DNA of 63,756 bases, the filler included, from Octopus bimaculoides (lineage: Eukaryota): the NCBI RefSeq assembly GCF_001194135.2. It is 6 parts of 6 records of this genome, joined end to end, with 100 filler letters (N's around TTAATTAATTAA, not from the genome) between each part and the next. Parts side by side here need not be neighbours in the genome. Positions count along the whole stretch, not along the records: positions 62,703 to 63,756 come from NW_026355494.1; 5 more parts are not named here. One strand, given 5' to 3'. The notes beneath the pieces are model-generated. The model was not told the origin of the DNA, did not search any database, and saw nothing but the letters and a program-made list of their open reading frames with translations. Positions 62,704-63,756 of the stretch are shown one piece after another (the first letter of the stretch is position 1; every line of letters starts with the position of its first letter). Made by a program: the position numbers and the translations under genes.

Positions 62704-63332
62704 CCGGAATTTTGCAATATTATTTTATTCATTTTTACATTTTTACCTTTTTATCAGCTTTAAAGTTTTCACCCTGTGAAGCAATGCCATCGGTCCAGAC
62801 GCGTTTTCCACTGTTCGAAGCAGTGCTCGAACACTTGCAAATTGATGCTTTTGAGCGCTTCAGTCGTTTTTCTCTTCGCCTCTTCCACGTCTGCAAATTC
62901 CGTAGCACTAGCTTTCATTACTAATGATGATATTCGAAAAATGGTCCAGCTTAATTTCCAATTATTTCAGTTTACGACAGGCATATTGTCGGGACTGCTT
63001 TTGACCTTCCGTGAGTAAACGAGGAACACATTTCGCTGCAACTCTTTTCATTCGCAATTCCTCGTTCAAAATTTGTTGGCAGGATCTTCAGGACACACCA
63101 GTTATATTAACAATTTCGTCAATTGTTCGGTGACGGTCCTCCAAGATCAGTTCATGAATTTTCATGAGATTTTCATTCGTTCGAGAGGTCGACGGACGCC
63201 CTGAACGAGGTTGGTCTTCAAGCGACAAGTGACCGTTCCTAACGTTTGAAAACCACTTATAAACTTGTGTTTTGCTCATGGCAGCATCCTTGCAAGCTGT
63301 TATAAGCATGACAACTGTTTCAGTTGCAGCAG
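62704..63332 (-). mobile_element. Internally deleted mariner transposon
   Basis: Minus strand ATETVVMLITACKDAAMSKTQVYKWF...LEDQPRSGRPSTS...MKRVAAKCVPRLLT...IISNES joined directly to FADVEEAK...FEHCFEQWKTRLDR; most of the catalytic core is missing. Confidence 0.85.
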
Positions 63333-63339
63333 AAGACAG

Positions 63340-63580
63340 AATTTCGCAGAAGCAACCGTTCTTTATATCCCTTTATACGTAATAAAAATAGGTTTAGGAC
63401 TTTTAATGGTAACTACCCTAATAACAAGGTGTATCCTAGTAAAACTGTTTGGTTGATAATTCCATATGGTAAGCAGATCAAATCTAACCTCCCTTACAAG
63501 TTTCGTGAAGCTATTGATAAGAATTTCCCCAAAAATTCAAGGCACCATTCCATTATCAATTCATACCGAATCGTTTTGTC
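63340..63580 (+). mobile_element. Penelope-like element linker fragment
   Basis: SKTVWLIIPYGKQIKSNLPYKFREAIDKNFPKNSRHHSIINSYRIVLS; same motif class as 62140-62320. Confidence 0.7.
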
Positions 63581-63756
63581 TGTTCTGTAACAGAGAACAA
63601 TTTCTGTAACAGAGAACAATTTCTCATCCTTTTCTCGTAGAATACTCTTGTAAACACGTTTAAAGAACGCGTTTATCGTTATAAACATTGGCAAAAACAT
63701 TACTTTAGTTCCTATGAGTAATTTCTACCAATCTATAAAATTCGACCTTAAAACTG

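Noticed and set aside
63583-63620. 19-bp tandem duplication ttctgtaacagagaacaat
   Set aside because: An isolated small duplication or footprint with no further structure; unremarkable.

Overview
This is AT-rich, microsatellite-dense, gapped eukaryotic (animal) DNA. The repeat repertoire looks like an Octopus or other cephalopod draft assembly; that is inferred from recalled SINE/LINE motifs and was not database-checked. The only host-gene signal I can support is one 859-nt internal coding exon (27934-28792, +) of a TMEM132-family protein. Its neighbouring exons are not identifiable in the window, so most of the window is probably intron or flank. The rest is a mosaic of decayed mobile elements: RTE-type LINEs (one with a PHD-like finger inside ORF2), R4/Dong and CR1-like LINE ends, Penelope-like (PLE) fragments, several tRNA-derived SINE families, Tc1/mariner relics and multiple MITEs. 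The most notable structures are: (1) a near-perfect 112-bp inverted repeat whose arms each carry a minimal type I hammerhead ribozyme motif (9668-10041); (2) further hammerhead-like PLE termini abutting (TA)n tracts; (3) a palindromic mariner built from two 5' ends; (4) R4/Dong-type ends sitting in (TAA)n tracts; (5) an apparent CpG-depleted central domain. Five 100-bp gaps contain a synthetic TTAATTAATTAA linker. Almost all ORFs in the supplied track are artefacts of microsatellites or N runs. All alignments and translations were done by eye, and repeat boundaries are approximate unless a TSD or TIR is quoted.
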